64,000 nucleotides of DNA from positions 64,001 through 128,000 of the IMG/VR virus record IMGVR_UViG_3300020336_000481; one strand, written 5' to 3'. This DNA comes from a virus (taxonomy: Duplodnaviria; Caudoviricetes). This document shows, piece by piece, positions 40,432 through 50,662 of this stretch (the stretch's first letter is position 1; each line of letters starts with the position of its first letter). Below the pieces are notes generated by a model, which was not told where the DNA came from, did no database searches, and saw only the letters and a program-made list of their open reading frames with translations. The translations under genes were made by a program, and so were the position numbers.

Positions 40432-41850
40432 TTAATATTGGAATAACCAGGAGCCATTTGGATATTCGCCTTCGAAACTTAATATCCATTCATCGTTATC
40501 AAATTTGTATTGTACACCGGTATTTAGGTTAGTAGTATAAACAATATTTGCAGACGAGTCATCGGTGCTTGAATCAAATACAACGTGCCATTTAGAACCA
40601 TCCCATTCAATAATATCATTTGCACCAGCTATGAAGTTTGAATTATCTGCATTTTTCCAAGCATCTGCACCATCAGTATTAGAAGAATCTCCTATAGCAT
40701 CAAGTAACAATATTCTAACACCTGCAGTTTTTAGACTCTCAGGATTGCTTTTTTGTGGATCAATTATATAATTTATTTTATTGTTATCACCAGTAGGACC
40801 ATGTATTATTGTATCAGCTGGAAAAGTATCACTGTCCCAATTTATAATTAAACGTCTTTCATCTGTTGTGTCTATTGCAACAGTGCCACTAACAACGGTG
40901 TTAATATCTTTTCGTCTTAGTTGTATTTGTGTAACACCTGCTATGTATTTTTGCGGCACAGCTTCAAACCATGATGTCCATGTAGTTTCACCTGCAACAC
41001 CATTATTCACAAGTTGTGCAGTATTACCCATTACAAGTAAGTCAAAGTCGTTGTAATTTGTACCTAATGTTCCTATAGTATTTGGATATGTAATTTTTTT
41101 AGTTGTTGTAGTAGTACCGTCTTCACTTGTTAACACTTGTCGAACTTCAGCCATACCATAATCAGTGTCAACAAGTTGTATTGTTTCGTTAAAAATATTT
41201 GTTATAATATTTGTAATTACTCCTAAGCGTTTTACTTTTGCTGGAGGACTTATATAGATAGGTGTTTTTAATGTTAATGTTGCTACGTCAATTTCGCTCT
41301 CTGTACCCATAGGTATACTTCTACTAGTAAAATTAATTCCTTCTAAATTAACAACAGTTAAACTTGTCCAGTCTATGTAATTGTCTGTAGTTTGTATTTC
41401 TAAACTAGGATTAAACAATACTAATACTTGTTCTAGTATTTGTAATTTTTGTTCAGTATTAGTTGACCATATATCAACATTTACTGATAGCTGATAAGGT
41501 GTTGGCATTAAACGTTCTACTGTATAATTTTTACCTTGCTTGTTTAGATATAATTGTGTGCCATCGTCATAATCTTTTTCACGTACATTAACTTTACTAA
41601 TATAACTTGCATCAGCAAGACGTGCAGTGTCTAATTCTAACTCAGTCATATAAACTGCCATACGCGGAGCACTAGGAATTTTATTCTCTGAATTGTCTCT
41701 TATTATACTACCAACTTGACGTGTTAAATCGCCGTATACAACAGGAATTTGTGTTAGGGCACCTTTACCATCCTTGTAACTAATATTGCTTACTAGCCTT
41801 ACTAGTTGCGTTACATAGCGCCTTATTTGTCCGTCATAGAAATGTTGCAT
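40432..41850 (-). CDS. Tail sheath stabiliser/terminator protein (T4 gp15-like) with C-terminal extension
   Basis: HFYDGQIRRY...IPVVYG...PRM...PTPY.L...QILEQVLVLFNP. Confidence 0.7.
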   Translation of the reverse strand: MQHFYDGQIRRYVTQLVRLVSNISYKDGKGALTQIPVVYGDLTRQVGSIIRDNSENKIPSAPRMAVYMTELELDTARLADASYISKVNVREKDYDDGTQLYLNKQGKNYTVERLMPTPYQLSVNVDIWSTNTEQKLQILEQVLVLFNPSLEIQTTDNYIDWTSLTVVNLEGINFTSRSIPMGTESEIDVATLTLKTPIYISPPAKVKRLGVITNIITNIFNETIQLVDTDYGMAEVRQVLTSEDGTTTTTKKITYPNTIGTLGTNYNDFDLLVMGNTAQLVNNGVAGETTWTSWFEAVPQKYIAGVTQIQLRRKDINTVVSGTVAIDTTDERRLIINWDSDTFPADTIIHGPTGDNNKINYIIDPQKSNPESLKTAGVRILLLDAIGDSSNTDGADAWKNADNSNFIAGANDIIEWDGSKWHVVFDSSTDDSSANIVYTTNLNTGVQYKFDNDEWILSFEGEYPNGSWLFQY

Positions 41851-42998
41851 TAATTATCTGCCTTTGGTCTAAGTGCTTTTGATAGGCTTTGTCTTTCAGG
41901 AACTTGTTTTCCACCTATAGTATTTGTAGCTGTATTATTAATAAACGTACCTTTTTGTGTGTTACGATTATCAGTATTAGTAAGAGTCATTCTTACATTA
42001 TCTTCATATTTAACCCATCTTGTACCATCATATCTAAATAACCGGTTTGGAGCAAAATCTGTACGTAGGAAAAAATCACCTGTTGCACTACTTAACGGAA
42101 AAGAAATACCGTGTCCAAAGTTACTTCCGTCTGGTACTCCACCGTCTCCTAATAAGTAGCCATTATATCCTTCTTTTGCAGGACTTACAGAGCTTGTAGT
42201 AACAGTACTACCATCGTCACCAACTGTTTCAGTAAGACTTGTGTTGCCTTTACTGTCAGTTGAAAGAGTATAATAATGACTTATGTCATAACCACTTTTT
42301 GGTGCGTCAGCTTCTGCTTGTAATACAACAGCATCATTAATTTCTTTTTCTTTATTATATGTAGATAATACATCACGTAAACTAGGGCCACCACCTAAAT
42401 CATCTTCTTTAGCTGCTCTATCTAATATATCTTTGTATTCTTGTGAATCTACTATTTGTTTTAGTTTTAATCTGTATAAATGCGGATACCAAGTTTGTGT
42501 AAATCCTTCTGCAGCTCTTGTTACATCTTCTATAACATAAAATCTTTTAAGAGCTACGTCAAAATCATTTAATGCGTATTCGTCTTTTAAATGTGGTAAT
42601 TCTATTACATCACCTGACATCAATTTTCTACCAAGAGTTTTTACACTGCTTCGTATATGTACAGTCATAAACAATGTATCATTACTTAAAAATAAACCAA
42701 ACTGGCTTAAATCAAAATCAATATCTTGAACATTGTAAATACCACGCATTGAGTAGATGTCGGAATCATATTTTCTATCTCTATTTTCTAAAAATAGTAA
42801 ATCTTGTATATTTGTTTCATCTAATATATCACGTTTAGGTTGATCAGCAGTTGCATCCTCTTCACTTGGACTTTCTGGCCCTAAGTATTTGTGGACGTGA
42901 ATGTCTGTTCCACCTACAGTGAACATTTCGTTAATTTGACGATCTAAAAATTCATAGTCGTTACTTTTATTTGGTTTATATAAACTAAGTCTTGGCAT
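41850..42998 (-). CDS. Neck/head-closure protein (T4 gp14-like)
   Basis: LSQFGLFL, GDVIELPHL; sits between gp15-like and gp13-like genes. Confidence 0.6.
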   Translation of the reverse strand: MPRLSLYKPNKSNDYEFLDRQINEMFTVGGTDIHVHKYLGPESPSEEDATADQPKRDILDETNIQDLLFLENRDRKYDSDIYSMRGIYNVQDIDFDLSQFGLFLSNDTLFMTVHIRSSVKTLGRKLMSGDVIELPHLKDEYALNDFDVALKRFYVIEDVTRAAEGFTQTWYPHLYRLKLKQIVDSQEYKDILDRAAKEDDLGGGPSLRDVLSTYNKEKEINDAVVLQAEADAPKSGYDISHYYTLSTDSKGNTSLTETVGDDGSTVTTSSVSPAKEGYNGYLLGDGGVPDGSNFGHGISFPLSSATGDFFLRTDFAPNRLFRYDGTRWVKYEDNVRMTLTNTDNRNTQKGTFINNTATNTIGGKQVPERQSLSKALRPKADN

Positions 42999-43003
42999 AT
43001 ACA

Positions 43004-43024
43004 TATTTATCGTAACGATAAATA
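43004..43024. promoter_or_regulatory. Palindromic back-to-back late promoters TATTTATCGT-A-ACGATAAATA
   Basis: Perfect 10-bp inverted repeat, with one GATAAATA facing each divergent neck gene. Confidence 0.75.
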
Positions 43025-43045
43025 CAATGACGGAGAACTATTTAC

Positions 43046-43804
43046 ATGAGTAGCCTAAAAACACAAAAACAAGAAGTATTTGATTATGTCTATGCCCTAT
43101 TAGGTGGAGGTATGGTTGATGTAGAGCTAGATCCAGTGCATTATGAAACTGCATTAGGAAAAGCACTAGGAAAATTTAGACAACGTAGTGATAACAGTGT
43201 TGAAGAATCATACATGTTTATGCCAACTGTAATAGATCAAAATGAGTACACATTACCAAGTGAAGTAGTTGAAGTTAGAAAATTATTTCGTAGAAGTGTA
43301 GGATCAAGAACAGGTGGTGGCGATGGCGGAACACTATTTGAACCTTTTAACTTAGCATATACTAATACTTACTTACTATCAAGTAGTAATATGGGCGGAC
43401 TAGCTACATATGATATGTTTAGTCAGTATCAAGAACTAGTAGGACGTATGTTTGGATCATTTATAGAATTTAAATGGAATACACAAACTAAAAAATTAAC
43501 ACTACTGCAACGCCCAAGAACAGAAGAAGATTTATTATTGTATTGCTACAATTACAGAGGTGACGACCAATTACTAGACGATTACTTAGCAAAGCAGTGG
43601 ATTAAAGATTATACACTAGCTAATTGTAAATATATGTTAGGTGAAGCACGTTCAAAATTTGCTACTATATCAGGGCCGCAAGGAGGTTCAACTCTAAACG
43701 GTGATGCACTTAAAGCCGAAGGTACAGCTGAAATGGAAAAATTAGAAGAAGAACTTAAAACAGCAGTAGCTGGCGGTGTTGGATACGGCTTCACAATTGG
43801 TTAA
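43046..43804 (+). CDS. Neck protein (T4 gp13-like head-tail adaptor)
   Basis: LGGGMVDVELD...WIKDYTLA..K..LGEARSKF...GPQGG.TLNG. Confidence 0.8.
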   Translation: MSSLKTQKQEVFDYVYALLGGGMVDVELDPVHYETALGKALGKFRQRSDNSVEESYMFMPTVIDQNEYTLPSEVVEVRKLFRRSVGSRTGGGDGGTLFEPFNLAYTNTYLLSSSNMGGLATYDMFSQYQELVGRMFGSFIEFKWNTQTKKLTLLQRPRTEEDLLLYCYNYRGDDQLLDDYLAKQWIKDYTLANCKYMLGEARSKFATISGPQGGSTLNGDALKAEGTAEMEKLEEELKTAVAGGVGYGFTIG

Positions 43805-43811
43805 AAAACAC

Positions 43812-43840
43812 TTGACATTAGATAAGTTTTAAAGTATAAT
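43812..43840 (+). promoter_or_regulatory. Consensus sigma70 promoter TTGACA-N17-TATAAT
   Basis: Exact consensus upstream of the dNMP kinase gene. Confidence 0.85.
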
Positions 43841-43866
43841 AATAAAATTATATGGAGAAACAACAA

Positions 43867-44478
43867 ATGATTGTAGGTGTATGCGGCTTAATTGGCAGTG
43901 GCAAAGATACTATTGCTTCTTATCTTATTGAAGAACACGGATATCAAAAAATAAGTTTTGCAGACAAATTAAAAGATTCTGTTGCAGAGCTATTTGATTG
44001 GGATCGTGAAATGCTTGAAGGTCAAACAGACGATTCGAGAGAGTGGCGAGAACAACCAGATAAATTTTGGACACAAGAAACAGGTAGAACAATTACACCA
44101 AGATTAGTATTACAAGAATTTGGTACTGAGTGTATGCGTAACGGTTTCTTTGATGGTATTTGGGTTAGCTCTACTAAACGTATACTAATTAATAATCCTC
44201 ATAAAAACTTTGTTATTCCAGATGTAAGATTTCCTAATGAAGCATTAATGTTGCAAAAAGTAGGAGGTCAAGTTTGGAGAGTAAGAAGAGGCACAGATCC
44301 TGTTTGGTTTAGAATGTATCAAGACATTGGAGTAGAACCTAAAGATATTCATCCTAGTGAATGGGCTTGGGCTAATACAAATTTTACAACAATATTTGAT
44401 AATAACAGTACAATTGAAGATCTTAAAAATCAGGTACAAGGTCACCTTGCTTCCACTTTACACCCTGTTTCTGCATAA
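43867..44478 (+). CDS. Deoxynucleoside monophosphate kinase (T4 gp1-like)
   Basis: GLIGSGKDT P-loop, SFADKLK, TPRLVLQEFGTE, DVRFPNE, HPSE; SD GGAG favours ATG 43867. Confidence 0.88.
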   Translation: MIVGVCGLIGSGKDTIASYLIEEHGYQKISFADKLKDSVAELFDWDREMLEGQTDDSREWREQPDKFWTQETGRTITPRLVLQEFGTECMRNGFFDGIWVSSTKRILINNPHKNFVIPDVRFPNEALMLQKVGGQVWRVRRGTDPVWFRMYQDIGVEPKDIHPSEWAWANTNFTTIFDNNSTIEDLKNQVQGHLASTLHPVSA

Positions 44479-44758
44479 TACGCTGACAGTTAGCACATAC
44501 AGTTTTTAAGTTATTAAATCTACAATTATTTAAATCACCGTCAATATGGTAAACATTAAACTGTTCAGTGTGTTTACTTTTAAATCCGCAACGTTCACAT
44601 TCTTGTTTCTTTTCATACCCTTTTTGTTTCCATTTAGGTATGCCGTGATTTAATCCATTGCGTAAACATTTCTCGCACAAACTTCTATAAAAGGTTTTAG
44701 TTCCTTTTTTATAATTTATAGCAGCAGGTCGTTGTCCGCACTTGCATAAAGGTCTCAT
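44423..44758 (-). CDS. HNH-endonuclease-like zinc-binding protein
   Basis: CxC/CxxC pairs; VYHIDGDLNN...NLKTVCANCQ. Confidence 0.7.
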   Translation of the reverse strand: MRPLCKCGQRPAAINYKKGTKTFYRSLCEKCLRNGLNHGIPKWKQKGYEKKQECERCGFKSKHTEQFNVYHIDGDLNNCRFNNLKTVCANCQRIMQKQGVKWKQGDLVPDF

Positions 44759-44825
44759 ATTGTATTTACCTCACCTTTTCGGTGCCTTTTTATGGGGGTA
44801 TATTATAGGGTTTTTGAAAATAAAT

Positions 44826-44833
44826 GCTAAATA
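44826..44833 (+). promoter_or_regulatory. Late promoter variant GCTAAATA
   Basis: Upstream of SD AGGAG and the sheath ATG. Confidence 0.6.
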
Positions 44834-44867
44834 GTTATAACAAATCGTATCCAATAGGAGAAATATA

Positions 44868-47800
44868 ATGGCATTAACATCACCAGGTGTACAAGTAAGT
44901 GTAATAGACGAAAGCTTCTACACCCCAGCAGAACCGGGAACAGTCCCAATGGTTTTTGTTGCATCGGCAGAGAACAGATTAAACAGTTCGGGCACAGGTA
45001 CAGCAACAGGAACATTAAAAGCAAACGCAGGTAAGCCTTTCTTACTTACTTCGCAGAGAGATCTTTCAGAAACTTTTGGAGATCCAGTATTTAAAACAGA
45101 TTCAAATAACAACCCAATACACGCAGGCGAGCTTAACGAGTATGGTTTACAATCTGCATATTCATTCTTAGGAGTGAGCAACAGAGCATACGTTGTAAGA
45201 GCAGACTTAGATACAGCTCAATTAGAGCCAACTGCAATAGCACCAGCGGCAAATCCAGCAGCAGGAACATATTGGTTTGATACACAAGTATCACTATTTG
45301 GTATTCAACAATGGAACGGTAGCGCCATTACTACTACTGGTGGACAAAGTTTCACTAATAAAGTTCCTAGAATGATTACAGCAGCTAGTGACACTGATTC
45401 AGGCTCGTTAGTTACAAACGGATACGAAGGCATGAAACCTAAGAGCAGCATTGGTGCTGTTGGTGATTATGCTATTGTAGCAACAAGCACATTAAACAGA
45501 TTATACTACAGAAACACAAGCGGTACATGGGTATTAGTAGGTAGTGATCCTTGGTCAAAGAGTTGGCCAACAGTTAAAGGCACACTTGTTAATCCTTCAT
45601 TTAGCGGATCGAGTTCGTTTACAATTAACGGTACTGTTGTTTCTGTTTCAGGTTCAGATACAGTAACTGATGTTGCAGCAACAATTAACGGATTGTTAAT
45701 TTCAGGTGTAACAGCTAGTGCTGTTGACGGAAGATTAGAAATTTACAGTGATGGAACAGGATCGGCTGCAGGTGATTCAACTGCCGGCGGTAACATTGAT
45801 GTTGTTCAAAGTTCAGGAACTGCTTTAGGATTATTAGGTATTACAGCAGGAACTTACTATCCACCAGCATTACAAATTTCAGGACATACATCAGTTCCAG
45901 AATTTAAGTCAAGCGACACTTATTCAAGACCAACAGGTAGTGTATGGTTTAAAACTACACAACCTAACTTAGGTGCAAGAATAAGAATTAAAGAATGGAA
46001 CGATCAAACACTTTTATGGGACGCTGTGGAAGCTCCAATTTACGACACTAACGAAGCAGCACTTTACGGTTTAGATAAAGCTAACGGTGGAAGCGGTATT
46101 GCAGTAGGCGATGTATTTGCTAAATCAAATACAGCAGGTGACACACAACCTCTTGCAACGTTTACTTTATACCGTAGATCAAACAGTGGTGTTACAAGTA
46201 TTACTAGTAGCAAAGTAATTGCAGGAAGCCTAGGTTCAGGATCTAAGAGTTTTAATATTAAAGCAACAGATGCTGGGCAAACTTCTTGGGGTACAACTAG
46301 TACAGTAACATTTACAGCTGGCGGTGTTGCAGGTGATGCAAGTTTACTTGCAGGTGCAATCAATGATAAAAATATTGAAAACGTAAGTGCATCAGTAGAT
46401 ACGCAGAATAGAGTTGTAATTAGTCACTCACAAGGTGGCGATATACACCTAACAGACACAAGTGGTGCATTAGCTGGTATAGGTTACGCACCATATGTTA
46501 GTGCAACTAGTGGTACTGTTGGCTTATCATATGCAGACGGAACTAACTCTAGCACAAGTCCAAATCAATTTATTGCAAGTAACTGGGCAGTGTTAACTTA
46601 CACAGCATCAGACAATGCACCTACAGCAACAGCAACTAACGGCCAACTTTGGTATAGTTCAGTTGTTGATGAAGTAGATTTACTTGTACACAACGGTACA
46701 ACATGGGTAGGTTACTTATATAACGGTGGCACATCAGGAATAACAGCAAGTCCATATTACAACGCTGATGCATCATTAACACCAGACCCAAGTGGTCCAA
46801 TTGTTAGTGCATCAGAACCAACTGTACAGTCAGACGGTACTGCACTTAAAACAGGTGATATTTGGATTAGCACAGCAGACTTAGAAAACTATCCAACAAT
46901 GTATAGATATAATGCGGCACTTGCTTCAGGATTAAGATGGGTACTATTAGATAGCAGTGATCAAACATCAGAAGATGGTATACTATTTGCTGATGCAAGA
47001 TATGCTACATCAGGTGGTACTGCTTCTTTATTAGAAGCTTCAAGCATTGAAGATTTACTTAACAGTGCTTACTTAGACACTGATGCTCCAGATCCAGCAC
47101 TATATCCAAAAGGTATGTTGTTATGGAATACTAGACGTTCAGGATTTAACGTTAAGAAATTTGTAAGAAACTATGTTGATGTTTCTACAGACAACACAAG
47201 ATATGCACCAGGTGGAAGCGATGAGAGCATGGACAGTTACTATCCACACAGATGGGTAACTGAGTCAGGTAATCAAGAGAACGGCGCAGGTAGCTTTGGA
47301 CGTAAAGCACAACGTAAAGTTGTTGTACAAGCGTTACAAGCAGTAGTTAATAAAAACGATGACATTAGAGATGATGAGTCAAGATTATTCAACTTAATGG
47401 CAACACCAGGATATCCAGAACTAATTGGTGAAATGATTAGCTTGAATAACGATAGAGGATTAACAGCATTTATCGTAGGTGATAGTCCGTTTAGACTAAC
47501 ACCAGATGCAACATCACTTAATAACTGGGCAACTAACGTAAACAAAGCAGTAGAAGATAACGACAATGGATTAGTAAGTAGAGATGAATACTTAGGTGTA
47601 TTTTATCCAGCAGGATTCACAAGTGATAACTTTGGTAGAAATGTTGTAGTTCCAGCTTCGCACATGATGTTAAGAACTATTGCATTAAGTGATCAAGTTA
47701 GCTATCCATGGTTTGCACCAGCAGGCACAAGACGTGGCGGAATCAGCAATGCAAGTTCAACAGGTTATATTAATAGCGAAGGCGAATTTACAGCAGTAGC

Positions 47801-48239
47801 ACTTAATGAAGGACAAAGAGATACATTATACAGCAATAACATAAACCCAATTACGTTTATTACAGGTGCTGGACTTGTTAACTTTGGACAGAAAACTCGT
47901 GCAAGAGCAGCTAGTTCTTTAGATAGAATTAACGTAGCACGTTTGGTTATCTACTTACGTAGTCAACTTAATCAACTTGCTAAGCCTTACATCTTTGAGC
48001 CAAATGATAAAATCACACGTGATGAGATTAAACAAGCGGCTGAAAGTTTAATGCTTGAATTAGTAGGTCAAAGAGCGTTATATGACTTCTTAGTAGTATG
48101 TGATGAATCAAACAACACTGCATCTAGGATTGACAAGAACGAACTATATTTAGATATTGCAATAGAACCAGTAAAAGCAGTGGAGTTCATTTACATTCCA
48201 TTAAGACTTAAAAATACTGGAGAAATAGCAGGACTTTAA
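44868..48239 (+). CDS. Contractile tail sheath protein (T4 gp18-like) with large insertion domains
   Basis: MALTSPGVQVSVIDES; PWFAPAGTRRG; INPI; LDRINVARL; FEPND; PVKAVEFIYI. Confidence 0.93.
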   Translation: MALTSPGVQVSVIDESFYTPAEPGTVPMVFVASAENRLNSSGTGTATGTLKANAGKPFLLTSQRDLSETFGDPVFKTDSNNNPIHAGELNEYGLQSAYSFLGVSNRAYVVRADLDTAQLEPTAIAPAANPAAGTYWFDTQVSLFGIQQWNGSAITTTGGQSFTNKVPRMITAASDTDSGSLVTNGYEGMKPKSSIGAVGDYAIVATSTLNRLYYRNTSGTWVLVGSDPWSKSWPTVKGTLVNPSFSGSSSFTINGTVVSVSGSDTVTDVAATINGLLISGVTASAVDGRLEIYSDGTGSAAGDSTAGGNIDVVQSSGTALGLLGITAGTYYPPALQISGHTSVPEFKSSDTYSRPTGSVWFKTTQPNLGARIRIKEWNDQTLLWDAVEAPIYDTNEAALYGLDKANGGSGIAVGDVFAKSNTAGDTQPLATFTLYRRSNSGVTSITSSKVIAGSLGSGSKSFNIKATDAGQTSWGTTSTVTFTAGGVAGDASLLAGAINDKNIENVSASVDTQNRVVISHSQGGDIHLTDTSGALAGIGYAPYVSATSGTVGLSYADGTNSSTSPNQFIASNWAVLTYTASDNAPTATATNGQLWYSSVVDEVDLLVHNGTTWVGYLYNGGTSGITASPYYNADASLTPDPSGPIVSASEPTVQSDGTALKTGDIWISTADLENYPTMYRYNAALASGLRWVLLDSSDQTSEDGILFADARYATSGGTASLLEASSIEDLLNSAYLDTDAPDPALYPKGMLLWNTRRSGFNVKKFVRNYVDVSTDNTRYAPGGSDESMDSYYPHRWVTESGNQENGAGSFGRKAQRKVVVQALQAVVNKNDDIRDDESRLFNLMATPGYPELIGEMISLNNDRGLTAFIVGDSPFRLTPDATSLNNWATNVNKAVEDNDNGLVSRDEYLGVFYPAGFTSDNFGRNVVVPASHMMLRTIALSDQVSYPWFAPAGTRRGGISNASSTGYINSEGEFTAVALNEGQRDTLYSNNINPITFITGAGLVNFGQKTRARAASSLDRINVARLVIYLRSQLNQLAKPYIFEPNDKITRDEIKQAAESLMLELVGQRALYDFLVVCDESNNTASRIDKNELYLDIAIEPVKAVEFIYIPLRLKNTGEIAGL

Positions 48240-48242
48240 ATT

Positions 48243-48250
48243 GATAAATA
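48243..48250 (+). promoter_or_regulatory. Late promoter GATAAATA
   Basis: Upstream of SD AGGAG and the tail tube ATG. Confidence 0.7.
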
Positions 48251-48273
48251 ATACTACAATAGGAGCAAATTAA

Positions 48274-48900
48274 ATGGCAGTTTCAACATTATCAAATATT
48301 ACAGTACCTTTAGCAGGGGGGCAAAGTGCAACTACTCAAGGTTTGTTGATGCCGAAGCTTCAATATCGCTTTAGGGTGTCACTTGAAAACTTTGGTGTTA
48401 GTACACCAACTACAGAACTTACAAAACAAGTTATTGATGTGACTCGTCCTACGGTAGCGTTTGAACCAATACAAATTGATGTATACAACTCAAAAGCATA
48501 CTTAGCAGGTAAACATACTTGGTCACCAATTACACTAAACTTACGTGAAGACGTAAACCGTGAAGTTCAAAAACTTGTTGGTGAGCAGTTGCAGAAACAA
48601 TTCGACTTTTTCGAACAGTCAAGTGCAGCATCAGGACAAGATTATAAATTTACAACACGTATTGAAATCTTAGACGGTGCAAATGGAAACACAACTCCAA
48701 CAGTACTTGAAACGTTTGAATTATATGGTTGCTTTGTTACAAATGCAAACTACAATACATTAGCATATGCTAACAATGAGCCAGTAACAATTACACTAGA
48801 AATGCAGTATGATAACGCTATTCAGACAGATGCTGAAGGCGGAATTGGTACAGCAGTAGGTAGAGCCGGTGGATCTTTGATCACAGGCGGCGGATCTTAA
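48274..48900 (+). CDS. Tail tube protein (T4 gp19-like)
   Basis: Follows the sheath gene; RFRV...RP...AGKHTWSPIT...LYGCF...YD. Confidence 0.85.
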   Translation: MAVSTLSNITVPLAGGQSATTQGLLMPKLQYRFRVSLENFGVSTPTTELTKQVIDVTRPTVAFEPIQIDVYNSKAYLAGKHTWSPITLNLREDVNREVQKLVGEQLQKQFDFFEQSSAASGQDYKFTTRIEILDGANGNTTPTVLETFELYGCFVTNANYNTLAYANNEPVTITLEMQYDNAIQTDAEGGIGTAVGRAGGSLITGGGS

Positions 48901-48922
48901 ACTAGGTATTATAACATTACAC

Positions 48923-48954
48923 AATAAAGGGGCTTTTATAGCCCCTTTATTTTT
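48923..48954 (+). terminator. Intrinsic terminator
   Basis: 12-bp stem AATAAAGGGGCT/AGCCCCTTTATT followed by Ts. Confidence 0.8.
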
Positions 48955-48976
48955 ATCTACGTACTTTATTATTTCG

Positions 48977-48984
48977 GATAAATA
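48977..48984 (+). promoter_or_regulatory. Late promoter GATAAATA, 5 nt before ATG (leaderless)
   Basis: GATAAATA-TTAGT-ATG with no SD. Confidence 0.7.
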
Positions 48985-48989
48985 TTAGT

Positions 48990-50285
48990 ATGGGAAAGTT
49001 CAACGGATTTTTAGATAACATAGCAGACGGCCTTACTAATCCTAAGGGCAACTTAGGAGATTGGGCACACGCTAGACGCCTTTATGTAGATGATAATCTA
49101 CGATTAGCACCTAAGCAAAAATTCTTATATCACTGTCATTTTACATTAGATCCTGTAGTTAGATCTATTATTCCTGATCTTGTTGACAAACATAACTTAG
49201 AAATAGGTATGCTTGTAAAGTCTGCAGAGTTACCTAAGTATTCAGCGGCAGTAGAAACAAAAAACAAGTATAATAGAAAAAAGAATATACAAACAAATAT
49301 ACAGTACGAACCAATTACTATTACATTCCATGATGATAACTTTGGTGTTACTACTGCATTATTAGAAGCGTATTATAGATATTATTTTGCTGATGCAAAC
49401 TATGGTACTATGCCTGGAGCATACAGTAAAACAGCAGGAGGAATGGACAACACATACTTAGGTAGTGGAAGAAATCAAGATAAATTTGGTTTAGATAATA
49501 ATATAAGTGTTCCATTTTTTCAAAATATACAAATTTCACAAATGGCTAGAAAGTCATTTACTACACATACTTTAGTAAATCCAATTATTACTAACTGGCA
49601 ACATGATTCATTAGATAACGGTGATGGTAGTACGACACTAGTTAATACCATAACACTCTTATATGAAGCAGTTTGGTATGATCGAGGTGAAGTACAAGCC
49701 GGTGCAAACGGAAGTCCAAAAGGATTTGGATCACCAGATCATTACGATAGAGTACCTAGTCCAATTACAATTATTGGCGGCGGCCAATTAGGGTTAGGCG
49801 GTATCTTTGGTACTGCAATAGATTTATATGATTATATAATGAAGGGTAAAAACTTTAGTAATCCGTTACAAGCAGGATTAGCTGCTGTAAACTTAATAGG
49901 TAATATACGTAACTTATCTAAAGAAGGACTACGCCAAGAAGGATTTAATTTACTTACAAAAGCAATAGGCAGTGCAGCAGGAGTAGATGTATCAGGAGTA
50001 CAACGTACATTTTTTCCAAAGTCTAGTAATGGCGGAGGTAAAGCAAAAGACTTAGCAATAGCAACAGCAGTTGTAGCAGGTGGATCGTTTGCTGTTAATG
50101 CATTTCAAAAAAATCAAGCACGTAACGGAAATGCAAAAGTTGCAGATAGTCTTGGATTTAAAAGTTATCAAAAAACATATCAAACAGCCGGGGGCACAGG
50201 TGGAGTTAACGGAGCAAAAACATCTTGGGAAAATTTAAACTCATCTGACAAACAAACATATATAAACGAAGCAATAGGAACTTAA
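48990..50285 (+). CDS. Tail-tube-fold baseplate/tube junction protein (gp48/gp54-like)
   Basis: VKSAELPK...YEPITITFHDD...LVNPIIT.W...ITLLYE tube-like motifs. Confidence 0.6.
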   Translation: MGKFNGFLDNIADGLTNPKGNLGDWAHARRLYVDDNLRLAPKQKFLYHCHFTLDPVVRSIIPDLVDKHNLEIGMLVKSAELPKYSAAVETKNKYNRKKNIQTNIQYEPITITFHDDNFGVTTALLEAYYRYYFADANYGTMPGAYSKTAGGMDNTYLGSGRNQDKFGLDNNISVPFFQNIQISQMARKSFTTHTLVNPIITNWQHDSLDNGDGSTTLVNTITLLYEAVWYDRGEVQAGANGSPKGFGSPDHYDRVPSPITIIGGGQLGLGGIFGTAIDLYDYIMKGKNFSNPLQAGLAAVNLIGNIRNLSKEGLRQEGFNLLTKAIGSAAGVDVSGVQRTFFPKSSNGGGKAKDLAIATAVVAGGSFAVNAFQKNQARNGNAKVADSLGFKSYQKTYQTAGGTGGVNGAKTSWENLNSSDKQTYINEAIGT

Positions 50286-50286
50286 T

Positions 50287-50661
50287 ATGGCGCAAACAAA
50301 CTTACCAGTAACTCCAGCAAAGAAAGGAAGCGATAGTGATGTAAAGAATTTCTTTAATCAATACTTTACAGAAAAACTTTCATTTCCATCTAATGATGTA
50401 GATGCAGTTATAGGATTTTTTGAGTCAAGAGATTTTGAACGGACTGCGGCAATTAGTGTTGCTACAGCATTATTAGAACAAGCAAAAATAGACGATGTAA
50501 AAGTATTTAAATTACTTGATACGCTTAAAGGATTAGACAATGTACAACTTAGCGTAGTAGTAGGAGAAGTTTTAAACTTTAATAGATCTAAAACATCTAC
50601 ATTAGGTTTTAAACGTGATAGTAATGTATCTAAACTTGAGCAACGTAATGTAAAGGTATAA
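50287..50661 (+). CDS. Hypothetical protein
   Basis: 124-aa ORF in operon. Confidence 0.7.
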   Translation: MAQTNLPVTPAKKGSDSDVKNFFNQYFTEKLSFPSNDVDAVIGFFESRDFERTAAISVATALLEQAKIDDVKVFKLLDTLKGLDNVQLSVVVGEVLNFNRSKTSTLGFKRDSNVSKLEQRNVKV

Positions 50662-50662
50662 G

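Noticed and set aside
44772-44791. CACC-TTTTC-GGTG hairpin plus T-run as a terminator
   Set aside because: The 4-bp stem is too weak to call
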